Positions 55,605 through 64,000 of a DNA stretch of 64,000 nt are shown here, piece by piece. Origin of the DNA: an uncultured Candidatus Saccharibacteria bacterium (GTDB taxonomy: Bacteria; Patescibacteriota; Saccharimonadia; CAILAD01; JADZBC01); contig CAYTBW010000004.1 of NCBI GenBank assembly GCA_964436255.1, positions 2,685 to 66,684 of the forward strand, in the 5' to 3' direction. Each line of letters opens with the position of its first letter. Within the stretch, counting starts at the first letter, position 1. Made by a program: the position numbers and the translations under genes. The notes beneath the pieces were generated by a model. The model was not told where the DNA came from, searched no databases, and saw nothing but the letters and a program-made list of their open reading frames with translations.

Positions 55605-57752
55605 TCAAACCTTCCTGAGCGGCGCGTACTCTAAGTTCAAGGTCTTTCGACCCACCCCGTCGAACATAACTATGGCCTCGTGGCCGTCTACATCTACCAC
55701 CGTACCTGTGCCAAAAGCTGAATGGGCTACTCGTTCACCGGCCGATAATTCAATCTTCGGCAGAGTGCTGCTGTCGTCCTGCTGCATGAAGCTACTGAAC
55801 ACAGAAGGGCTCGCGTGCTGCGGCTGCAATCGGCTCATTACAACAAGTTCGCTCGGAATATCACTTAAGAATCTGGAAGGCACGTTATGTTGACTCGTGC
55901 CATATAGCATCCTGCTCATCGCGCTCAACATGTAAAGCCTCTGCTTGGCTCTCGTCATACCTACATAGCAAAGCCGCCGCTCTTCTTCCAGCTCTGATGG
56001 CTCAAAGAACGTTCTGGAATGAGGGAATATCCCCTCTTCCATACCGACCATAAATACCGTATTAAACTCAAGCCCCTTAGCAGCGTGTAATGTCATGAGG
56101 GCAACCGTGTCTGCATCGCCCTTATACTGATCTACATCAGAAATTAGGGTGATCTCAGTCAGAAAATCTTCTAAGCCAATGTGGTCGTAGGATTTAGCTA
56201 CTCCAATAAACTCCTGTAGGTTTTCCAGCCGATCCTCGCCAATGGCGCTACCATCACTCAGCCATTCCTGATAGCCGCTGCGTCGCAACACGGCTTCAAT
56301 CAAGTCACTCAAGCTAAGTCGTTCAACGTCAGCGCGTAAACTTGCCGCCAATGTACTAAACTGCTCAAAGCTCTTGCGCGCACGCGGTGTCAGCCCATCG
56401 ACCTGCTCTGGGTTCGCCAGCACCTCCAGCGTTGCCACGCCGCTGCCCCGAACGTACGAAAAGAACTTGTTCAGGCTTGTGTCGCCCAACCCCCGAGGTG
56501 GTAAATTGATTACCCGCGCCAAGCTAACGAGATCGTTTGGCTGATATAAGAACCTCAAGTACGCCAGCATGTCTTTAATCTCTTTGCGCTCATAGAACCT
56601 AACCCCGCCGATAATCTGGTATGGCACGTTATAGCGCAAAAATGATTCTTCCAAGCTACGAGACTGCGCGTTTGTACGGTATAGAACAGCAAAATCATTA
56701 AGCCGCAGCATCGGATCTCTTCGGCGCAGCTCTTGAATCGTCTCAACAACGAACTTTCCTTCCGCCTGCTCGTCCCCTACCGTCTCGCAGATAATCTTGT
56801 CCCCGGCACCTAAGTCGGTCCAAAGCTTCTTGTCGCTCCTGGAAGTGTTTTTAGTAATTACGCTATGGGCTCCATCGAGAATCGTTTGGGTGGAGCGATA
56901 GTTTTGTTCAAGTTTTACAATTTTTGCCTGCGGGTAGTCCTTTTCGAAGTTTAAGATGTTTTCATAATTGGCTCCGCGCCATGAATAAATGCTCTGCCAA
57001 TCATCCCCCACCACGCAAACATTACTATGGCCCGCCGCAAGCATGCGAATGAGCTGGTATTGGGCATGATTCGTGTCCTGATACTCATCTACCATGATGT
57101 AGTTAAACTGCTGCTGATACTTTGTCAGAACCTCAGGCTTTTCGCGTAACAACCGTACAAGTTGCATGATCATATCATCAAAGTCCATTGCGCCGGCCTC
57201 TTTAAGCGCGTTCTGATAACCCGGGTAAATGTCTGCTGCCATTTCCTGCATCTTGCCAGATGCAATGTCCCCATACTGCGCAGGGGTCATCAGTTCATTC
57301 TTGGCAGAGGAAATAAGGTTGAGCATCAAGCCGGGGCTATACATCTTCTCGTCCAAGTGCCTGGAGCGCAAAATTTGCTTAATAACTGCTTGGCTGTCTG
57401 CTGTATCGTAAATCAGGAAGTTCGCTGGATAACCGATTGCAGCTGCTTCTCTACGTAAAATCCTGTTGGCCACAGCATGAAAGGTACCTAGGAATGGCAA
57501 GAATGTTCGGGACTCAGGCTGAACGCCCATGAGCTTCGAGACGCGCTCGCGCATCTCTGCTGCAGCCTTATTGGTAAATGTAACGGCCAGAATATTCGTG
57601 GGGGGGACCTGCTTTTCGATAAGCAAATAAGCGATTCTATGGGTAAGGGTCTTAGTCTTGCCACTCCCAGCCCCCGCCAACATCAATACGGGGCCCTCTA
57701 CGGTGGTAGCGGCCGCCTGCTGTGCTTCATTGAGTCCATCTAGAATAGTCAC
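55605..57752 (-). CDS. pcrA: ATP-dependent DNA helicase PcrA/UvrD
   Basis: 715 aa SF1 helicase; GAGSGKT Walker A, C-terminal Tudor-like tail. Confidence 0.9.
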   Translation of the reverse strand: MTILDGLNEAQQAAATTVEGPVLMLAGAGSGKTKTLTHRIAYLLIEKQVPPTNILAVTFTNKAAAEMRERVSKLMGVQPESRTFLPFLGTFHAVANRILRREAAAIGYPANFLIYDTADSQAVIKQILRSRHLDEKMYSPGLMLNLISSAKNELMTPAQYGDIASGKMQEMAADIYPGYQNALKEAGAMDFDDMIMQLVRLLREKPEVLTKYQQQFNYIMVDEYQDTNHAQYQLIRMLAAGHSNVCVVGDDWQSIYSWRGANYENILNFEKDYPQAKIVKLEQNYRSTQTILDGAHSVITKNTSRSDKKLWTDLGAGDKIICETVGDEQAEGKFVVETIQELRRRDPMLRLNDFAVLYRTNAQSRSLEESFLRYNVPYQIIGGVRFYERKEIKDMLAYLRFLYQPNDLVSLARVINLPPRGLGDTSLNKFFSYVRGSGVATLEVLANPEQVDGLTPRARKSFEQFSTLAASLRADVERLSLSDLIEAVLRRSGYQEWLSDGSAIGEDRLENLQEFIGVAKSYDHIGLEDFLTEITLISDVDQYKGDADTVALMTLHAAKGLEFNTVFMVGMEEGIFPHSRTFFEPSELEEERRLCYVGMTRAKQRLYMLSAMSRMLYGTSQHNVPSRFLSDIPSELVVMSRLQPQHASPSVFSSFMQQDDSSTLPKIELSAGERVAHSAFGTGTVVDVDGHEAIVMFDGVGRKTLNLEYAPLRKV

Positions 57753-57827
57753 TTATCTATTGTACCTTAATTACAAACACCCCCGGAAGGATCCAGGGGT
57801 GTTTGTAATTACTCTAAGTAATTCTAG

Positions 57828-59000
57828 CTAGTAGATGTAGAGGAACTGACTGGCAGAGGTTGTACGTCTGTGTAGTACTCCCGCTCGGTAGTTGAAGTTC
57901 ATTTCCGAAATGTTGACTGAGCCATCAGGGTTAACAGACTCCACGTAGACTACGTGGTTGCTACGCTCCCAGCCGATCGCACCTGCACGCGGAGCAGCAC
58001 CGACTGCAAAACCACTCGCTTGAGCGTTATAGTACCAGCTGATCGCGTTACCCCAATTGCCTGGCACCGCACGTCGAGAAGCCACGTACCATGTACATTG
58101 TCCGGGGGTATAACCGCTGCCGCTGCCACGGTACGAGAACGCAGGCGCAGCAGGGGCGGCGGCGACTCGAGCAACTGCTGGGGCAGACGGGGCGCCGGCA
58201 GAGGCAACCTGAGGGATAACTCCGTCAGGAATGATAAGCTTTTGGCCTTCGACTGGCGCTGCGCCCTGCAGGTCGTTGAAGCTATCAATCAAGGTAGCAT
58301 TAGCCTGATAACGGGTTGCCAGGGCAGAAAGGCTCTCGCCCCCTCGAGCCGTATAGAGAACACCGTTTACTGGCAGAATGGTCAGATTCGCGCCTGGCCT
58401 AAGCACGCTGTTGTCATCGAGATCGTTCGCCCATTTAATTGTGTCGGTCGTAATGTTGAACTGCGAAGAAATACTCCACAAGGTATCGCCGTTCTTAACG
58501 GTATAAGTACTTACCTCGCGGGTCTGCACGGCTGCTTGCATTGGCTGCTTTTTGGCTAAGAAACCATCACCAGCAGTCGCCAGATAAACCTGTGAGCTTG
58601 CTGTATTAGCGATCTCTGCAACGTCAGCTTTGATAACGCTGTTTGTGGCGCTAGCTACGGCAGCACCAGTAGTTAGTTCGGAAGTCTGATCAACTGCAGA
58701 AACAGCGGCACCGTCGCCGCCCAACTGAGCAAAGGTAGGAGTATATTTACCGGCCAAAATAAAGCTTGCAACAGCAGTCAGTATTGCGAAGTGTACACCA
58801 AAGCGAGCAAAGCCAGCTTTGTGTTCACTACCCTTCTTCTTTAGGGCATCTAATTGTAGTTTTTCTGTCAGGCCAGATTGAGCCTGGGAAATTCGAGTTT
58901 TATTTTGCACAGCTGAGTTCAATTGAGCCGCAGTGTGCTGAGTTTTTATTTTCGAAAAAGTCTGGCTTCGTCCCACGCCAACGAATGATTCGTGACGCAC
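57828..59000 (-). CDS. peptidoglycan hydrolase with two LysM repeats and C-terminal CHAP domain
   Basis: LysM: YTVKNGDTLWSISSQF..., YTARGGESLSALATRY...; CHAP: GQCTWYVASRR...NHVVYVESV; GTG start. Confidence 0.75.
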   Translation of the reverse strand: MRHESFVGVGRSQTFSKIKTQHTAAQLNSAVQNKTRISQAQSGLTEKLQLDALKKKGSEHKAGFARFGVHFAILTAVASFILAGKYTPTFAQLGGDGAAVSAVDQTSELTTGAAVASATNSVIKADVAEIANTASSQVYLATAGDGFLAKKQPMQAAVQTREVSTYTVKNGDTLWSISSQFNITTDTIKWANDLDDNSVLRPGANLTILPVNGVLYTARGGESLSALATRYQANATLIDSFNDLQGAAPVEGQKLIIPDGVIPQVASAGAPSAPAVARVAAAPAAPAFSYRGSGSGYTPGQCTWYVASRRAVPGNWGNAISWYYNAQASGFAVGAAPRAGAIGWERSNHVVYVESVNPDGSVNISEMNFNYRAGVLHRRTTSASQFLYIY

Positions 59001-59290
59001 TCTTAGGGTTAGGCCAAGTGCTTTTCTACTAATAAAGCATCTCCTCTAACGCGTTGGATATCTGAAAGTACTGCGTTAATACTGCGGTTTGTCCTTCTCC
59101 TGGTTAATTCCAGGACCGGAGGGTTCGACCTTTGTTTCGTTAAAACTCCTAATCTGACAAACTGGTGCAGGCTCGTTCGCTCCCTATAAGTGGCTTTCCG
59201 CTTATGCTTCGCGAAGTTACTCAGTAAGTCTAGCATGCTCCCAGAAGGTGGTCAAGGCCACGTTATTGCCTACACAAAGGGCAAAAGGTG

Positions 59291-60298
59291 CTATTTCAGG
59301 TAGCGATCGATGTTTTTGTTGTGTTCTAGGAGTGTTTTTGCGTAATAAACCTGTCCATCAGGTCCCGCCAAGAAGAATATATCGTCTGTTTTGGTAGGAT
59401 TCAGAACAGCCTTGATCGACTCTAGACCAGGACTGCAGATGGGCCCCGGAGGCAGTGCCTTGACCACATACGTGTTATATAGAGACTTGAATACAATATC
59501 AGCCGCAGCTGTATTAGACTTGCCGGTGGCGTAATTAACCGTCACATCGCTCTGCAGGGAGATATTCTGATCCAGCCTATTTAGGAACACTTGGGCAACC
59601 TTAGCCCGATTGGCAGCGTCATTAGCCTCGAGCTCCACGATCGAGGCCAAACTAACAACATCCGCAAGGCTATCAAGCTGGCCATTGTTTGCCGAACTAA
59701 TAACAGGTAGGGCTTGGGCCTCGAATGCTTCAAGCATCTGACGGATAAAGCTCTCGGCAGTAGCGTTCACGCTCACCTGGTAGGTAGCAGGGAAAAGATA
59801 GCCTTCGACCTGATATTTCACGTCTTTATTGGGCTTTGGCAGAAAGGCATAGTCGTACTGCTTGCTCGCAGCAACTACAAACTCCTGTGAAGCACCAAAT
59901 CCAGCTTGATTCCACAGCTTAGATATCTTAGCCACGGTAAAGCCCTCGGGCACAACCACCTTACGCGCAGCCACCTTGCCGCCAGCTAGGTATTCGATAA
60001 TCTGTGGCATGTTCATGCTACCTTTGAGCGCATATGTACCTGGTATAAGCCGGTCACCTTGACCGCTCAACCGAGCGTACAGCGTAAAGATAAACGAGGA
60101 CGAAACCAAGTCCTCCTGACGCAACGTCTGGCCGATCTCAGCAATCGACTCCCCGGGACGAATCTGAATCATTACGGACCTTGTTGTTTGACTATTCTGC
60201 GGCACGTACACGGCAAAAGCCCACAGGCTTGCCAAAAGAGCAGCAAATACCGCAACGCCACCCACTACAGCTAGGGCTATTTGCTTACTTTGCTTCAC
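59291..60298 (-). CDS. mltG: endolytic murein transglycosylase MltG (YceG-like)
   Basis: 335 aa, N-terminal TM, YceG fold. Confidence 0.8.
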   Translation of the reverse strand: MKQSKQIALAVVGGVAVFAALLASLWAFAVYVPQNSQTTRSVMIQIRPGESIAEIGQTLRQEDLVSSSFIFTLYARLSGQGDRLIPGTYALKGSMNMPQIIEYLAGGKVAARKVVVPEGFTVAKISKLWNQAGFGASQEFVVAASKQYDYAFLPKPNKDVKYQVEGYLFPATYQVSVNATAESFIRQMLEAFEAQALPVISSANNGQLDSLADVVSLASIVELEANDAANRAKVAQVFLNRLDQNISLQSDVTVNYATGKSNTAAADIVFKSLYNTYVVKALPPGPICSPGLESIKAVLNPTKTDDIFFLAGPDGQVYYAKTLLEHNKNIDRYLK

Positions 60299-60698
60299 GT
60301 AGGTAATCCTCCAATATTATCTGTGCAGCTATGGCATCAATCTTCTCCCGCTGCTTACGGATTGGCAGCTTTGGATCGATGCGCTTTTGAGCCTCTTCGC
60401 TCGAGAGCACTTCATCCTGCATAATCACTCTTTTATCATAGCGTGAGCCCAGCTCATCTGCGAACTCTTCGGCAAGATGCGTTTGCTGGGTGTGCTGGCC
60501 GTCTAGGCCGCGTGGCCAGCCAACTACAAGCAAATTCGGACTATACTGACCCATAAGATGATGAATCTGGCTCCACACGTTCGCACTAGCATCTACCGTA
60601 GTAAGAGGCAGGGGACGATCGCCGGGAGTACATATGGCTACCCCAATCCGCTTACTACCGTAATCAAAGGCAAGAATGGGGCCGGTCTGCTGAGCCAC
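60285..60698 (-). CDS. ruvX: Holliday-junction resolvase-like RuvX/YqgF
   Basis: 137 aa; ILAFDYGSKRIGVAI start. Confidence 0.85.
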   Translation of the reverse strand: MAQQTGPILAFDYGSKRIGVAICTPGDRPLPLTTVDASANVWSQIHHLMGQYSPNLLVVGWPRGLDGQHTQQTHLAEEFADELGSRYDKRVIMQDEVLSSEEAQKRIDPKLPIRKQREKIDAIAAQIILEDYLREAK

Positions 60699-60700
60699 GC

Positions 60701-62359
60701 CTAGTCAGTGCTCACCTTTATAATGACTTTGATGTGGCTACTGAGAGCTGGCATGTTCGGTAGGAGCGATGGGGTGCTATCCACCTGCGTCGACACCACG
60801 CTCGGGTTGTCTTTCTGGACGATTGAGGTCACGTCTTTCTTCGATTTACCTGCCGTATCTTTGGCAATCTGATCTGTGTTTATCTTTTTGCCGTAGTAGG
60901 CGTCGGCACTTACGTTAAGCTGGTAGCGCGTATCGCTCACTGCCCGCAACAACGTATATTTAGCATTATCGGCACCATTCTGGTACAGCTGCTGGTTGCT
61001 GTCTGGCAAGGCATCCTTAGCAAGGGTATCTAGTAGCTCGTTCACGGTTGCCTCGCTCGCGGTCACGACGGAATACGTGACCTTTACCGTAACTGTGCCA
61101 TTGGTGGCCTCCGCGTCAACTGGCACACTCGAGGTGACCGAGTCGGTAGTTGTGGCAAAGGTATCTTCAAATACCACGTCTTTCTTGTCAGCCTTAGCAA
61201 GCAACTCATCCTTTGATTCATTCGCAGCGGCATCAATGGCCTGCTGTTTGGCGCCATCTATATCGGCTTGAGTGACTACGGTCACGGTCTTCGAGGTGCC
61301 GCCGGAAGTTGAGCCGGTTCCGTTAATCTTCGATGTTCCGGAAACCAGAAATGTAGCCCCGCCAAGGTTATATTGGTCACCATTAGCCACCGCGGCCACA
61401 GAGACATTAACAGGAGATGAACACTTAAAACCAGTAACAATACTGAACGATCCAGCGGGAACCGTAACTCCGTTTGTGGACACGAAGGTCAGGCCGTTCG
61501 CAACCAACTTCGATCCTGCAGGCACAGAGCGTGGATCTGTGTCTTCGCAGTTCTTCAAGGCAACCGTCCCCGCAGCCTTTGTGCCTACGTCTTTTTTTCC
61601 TGTAGCGGTAAAGTTCTGTGTCAAATCCTTTTGCAACGTTAGCTTGGTACCTGCGAATGTGAGCGAATCGGTATTCGTTGCCACGCCAGACGTATCAACA
61701 ATAAAGTCTGAGTTCAGACCAAGCTTGTCGGCCTTAGCAAGCACCGTGAGCGTTGCTGTTGGCAGAGTAATTGCCAAGATCACAGCCAAAACAATACCCA
61801 TAAAGATGCCGATGCCGATCCAGAGCTTCTTTTGGAACGCATTGTAGTTAGGTACCTTGGCTTTTGATTTGTTCTCAGCGATATCTTCGGCCCCTAGAGC
61901 AGCCTCTTCCCCTACCTCGCGCTTCTTGACCACGCCTTCGTCTGAAGATTTTTTGGAGCCACTATCTTTACTCCCCTTAGAACTAGATGAAGACTTACCG
62001 GAGCCAGATGCCCCACTCGCGACCTCTTCTGGGTCTTGCTCTACAATGTCTGGGCGAATTGCCTCTTCGATAGCTTCTGGGACTTTCGGTTCAGCCTTTA
62101 GCGACGCCGCGACAGCCAAGCCAATACCTCCGGCCAAGTAGGTGGCAGTCTTGTCATTAGTAACCAGTGCAAGCTCCTTTTTATGGTCTTTTGCGGCCTT
62201 CTTGAGGAGCTTCAGGTTAACAGCACTCTGTAGCAAGCTTGAGCGTGCAGGTACAACCACTTTTACTGCGTCGCCTTTGGCGCTCTTTAGCTTGTCGATT
62301 GCCTCGGTAATTTCGGCATCAACTTCTAGATAGATAATTTCGGCGTCGTTCATAAGCAT
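60701..62359 (-). CDS. hypothetical membrane-anchored protein with Ser/Gly/Lys-rich linker and Thr/Val/Gly-rich beta-rich extracellular region
   Basis: 552 aa, single TM at about aa 180-200. Confidence 0.45.
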   Translation of the reverse strand: MLMNDAEIIYLEVDAEITEAIDKLKSAKGDAVKVVVPARSSLLQSAVNLKLLKKAAKDHKKELALVTNDKTATYLAGGIGLAVAASLKAEPKVPEAIEEAIRPDIVEQDPEEVASGASGSGKSSSSSKGSKDSGSKKSSDEGVVKKREVGEEAALGAEDIAENKSKAKVPNYNAFQKKLWIGIGIFMGIVLAVILAITLPTATLTVLAKADKLGLNSDFIVDTSGVATNTDSLTFAGTKLTLQKDLTQNFTATGKKDVGTKAAGTVALKNCEDTDPRSVPAGSKLVANGLTFVSTNGVTVPAGSFSIVTGFKCSSPVNVSVAAVANGDQYNLGGATFLVSGTSKINGTGSTSGGTSKTVTVVTQADIDGAKQQAIDAAANESKDELLAKADKKDVVFEDTFATTTDSVTSSVPVDAEATNGTVTVKVTYSVVTASEATVNELLDTLAKDALPDSNQQLYQNGADNAKYTLLRAVSDTRYQLNVSADAYYGKKINTDQIAKDTAGKSKKDVTSIVQKDNPSVVSTQVDSTPSLLPNMPALSSHIKVIIKVSTD

Positions 62360-62407
62360 TATTATAGCGTAAAGCTAGTCGATTAGCACCTTATGAAAAA
62401 TCTTGGC

Positions 62408-62635
62408 CTACTTCTTAAGCTTGAGTGATTTTACTGCGTAAAGCGCCCCCATAGTAATGCCGCCAAGCATGGTAAGAACGATCAAGATATCGTTTACCCT
62501 AATAAGGAAGTCGGATTCACCGGTCAACAACGACACGAGACTAATCACACCTACGAGCACAGCTGCAGCCACAGTAAAGAACTGTACGTCCCTCCTAATT
62601 ACTTCAAACTTGCTCATTTTGATTTTCTTAGCCAT
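62408..62635 (-). CDS. small membrane protein
   Basis: 75 aa, two TM, between ftsA and the 552-aa protein. Confidence 0.35.
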   Translation of the reverse strand: MAKKIKMSKFEVIRRDVQFFTVAAAVLVGVISLVSLLTGESDFLIRVNDILIVLTMLGGITMGALYAVKSLKLKK

Positions 62636-62702
62636 AACAATATATCTCCAATTTATTATTCTTGCGTATAAGTATAGTGCTTATGCTCGGCCGAGAACAG
62701 CT

Positions 62703-63971
62703 CTACAGGCTTAAAGTCCGGCTCAAACGCTGGATGATACTTTCGCTCAGGTTCTCGCTGCCCACTATGTCTAGCCCAAGATTCGCCAAGCCCATTGGCG
62801 TAATGTCCTGTTGGTTTACGAGCTTGCCGGTAGTATCGACCACGCGGCTCACTTCGCTCGGGCTCACGAAGCTAATCTTTGGCTTACGAGCAAACGGCAA
62901 CTTCTTTTGCCATTCGGGCGAACTCAAGGCCTTTTTGATTTCTGGAAGTGCGCTCGCCCCGCCACAAAGCATAATGCGTGCTGGTAAATGGTCCAACTGA
63001 TCAAATTCCTGAAGCGAGAGCTCAACACCACTCAGCCATACGTCAATGTCACCCTCGAGCGCCTTAGCTACTTCGGCAGACTTCTTGTCGCTGAGCTTAC
63101 CTGCGGAGTAGTCCAACTTCAACTTCTCGGCTTCTTCGAAGCTAAGGCCGAAAGAACTGGCAATGCGCTTAGTAAAGCTGCGCCCCGCGATTGCAAACAT
63201 CTTCGTCCCCTCTACGCCGCCGTTATTCACCACGGCAATGTCGCTAGTACCGCCACCCATGTCTATAAATATTGCACTAAACTCGGTTGAATCATCTGCG
63301 CCTACACTTTTAGCAACCGCGAACGGCTCTGCTGCGATGTTGATTAAATTCAAATCCAAATCACGAGCCACAGACTGCAATGCACCCAAGTGGACCATAG
63401 GTGCGAAGGCGTTGAAAATCTGAATGGTTACATCCCGCCCCTGGAACCCAACGGGATTGGTTACTCTGTATCCATCTATGTAGACGTCGACCACGGCAGC
63501 ATTCACGAGCTTCACGTCGATTTCCTTATAGCCTGTTTCCCAGCTCAGTTCTTTACGGACTTTTTCGAATGCGTCCTTTTGGATGCGTTCAATAATATCT
63601 TTGAGTTCTGTCTCGTCTATCTGCATATTCGGGCGAGCCCTGCGATAACTCACAGTAGTAGAGCCCCCCTTAACTAATTCTCCTGCGATTCCTAAAACCA
63701 CATCTCTACCAACCACGCCAGCCATCTGCTCGGCCCGCTTAAGTGCAGCATCGCAATTTTCCACCACCCCTGCTATGTCAGTTACCGCACCATTAGCCAT
63801 ATCCGTCAGTCGCTGGCGCTGCCGGCCAACGCCAATAATTTCGACCTTACCAGCCTTTACTTCGCCAATGAGCGCCTTGACGTATTCAGTACCAATGTCG
63901 AGCGCAACCAAGTATTTATCTTTTGGCTGCTTACTGTTCTTACTTTTAAATTTTGGGAGCTTAAATGCCAC
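62703..63971 (-). CDS. ftsA: cell division protein FtsA
   Basis: 422 aa actin-like ATPase; YLVALDIGTEYVKALIG N-terminus, DMGGGTSD phosphate-2 motif. Confidence 0.85.
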   Translation of the reverse strand: MAFKLPKFKSKNSKQPKDKYLVALDIGTEYVKALIGEVKAGKVEIIGVGRQRQRLTDMANGAVTDIAGVVENCDAALKRAEQMAGVVGRDVVLGIAGELVKGGSTTVSYRRARPNMQIDETELKDIIERIQKDAFEKVRKELSWETGYKEIDVKLVNAAVVDVYIDGYRVTNPVGFQGRDVTIQIFNAFAPMVHLGALQSVARDLDLNLINIAAEPFAVAKSVGADDSTEFSAIFIDMGGGTSDIAVVNNGGVEGTKMFAIAGRSFTKRIASSFGLSFEEAEKLKLDYSAGKLSDKKSAEVAKALEGDIDVWLSGVELSLQEFDQLDHLPARIMLCGGASALPEIKKALSSPEWQKKLPFARKPKISFVSPSEVSRVVDTTGKLVNQQDITPMGLANLGLDIVGSENLSESIIQRLSRTLSL

Positions 63972-64000
63972 GAATGCCTACTTATTACTCCATAATTGTA

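Noticed and set aside
59009-59236. 75-aa basic ORF inside the 290-nt leader upstream of the LysM/CHAP gene
   Set aside because: No Shine-Dalgarno, it lies entirely within the putative 5' leader, and the composition is unlike neighbouring genes. Treated as non-coding.
59001-59290. ydaO/c-di-AMP riboswitch, SRP RNA or tmRNA in the long intergenic region
   Set aside because: I could not find the defining conserved motifs by eye: no GNRA-capped SRP helix 8, and no tmRNA T-arm/CCA. Left as an unclassified leader pending an Rfam scan.

Overview
This window looks like part of a small, streamlined bacterial genome. Background GC is about 45-50%, nearly all genes are co-oriented on the minus strand, and the gene set includes a split transketolase, short UvrC and SMC, a tRNA-Gln(CUG) and queuosine genes. 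My inference from the sequence alone is that this fits a CPR/Saccharibacteria-like epibiont.

Native content:
- Nucleotide excision repair: uvrC, uvrA, uvrB and pcrA/uvrD.
- Carbon metabolism: a pentose-phosphate/glycolysis block with split tkt, rpe, rpiB, gap and two PfkB kinases.
- Redox and disulfide: trxB plus a glutaredoxin-like gene, and a thioredoxin-VKOR-DsbA set.
- Translation: proS, leuS, tgt-queA, rpsP-KH-trmD, rpmG, rpmF and obg.
- Chromosome and cell envelope: smc, rnc, nusB, murF, mscL, ftsA, mltG, ruvX and a LysM/CHAP hydrolase.
- Other: an MFS transporter and an ABC exporter, an orphan sensor histidine kinase, and three tRNAs (Leu-CAG, Gln-CUG, Ala-GGC).

The main anomaly is four short islands of higher GC (about 55-62%) sitting at operon junctions. 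Each has its own AT-rich sigma70-like promoter, a Shine-Dalgarno site and a GC-rich hairpin terminator:
- Island 1 (about 7003-8577, between uvrC and uvrA): a two-gene cassette with palindromic operator-like repeats in its promoter.
- Island 2 (about 23795-24596): a cytidylate-kinase homolog whose Walker-A lysine is replaced (GPSGAGKGT becomes GGAATGTSS).
- Island 3 (about 44925-45420, between rnc and smc): an orphan 146-aa ORF.
- Island 4 (about 47792-48245): an orphan 106-aa ORF.

I cannot assign a family to any of these from sequence alone. They are candidates for recent acquisitions, for example from a high-GC actinobacterial host, or for engineered insertions.

Other points of interest are a Leu-rich leader peptide and terminator attenuator upstream of leuS, a duplicated tRNA-Leu 5' fragment, and a 290-nt leader upstream of the LysM/CHAP hydrolase. 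No CRISPR array, transposase or integrase gene was seen.
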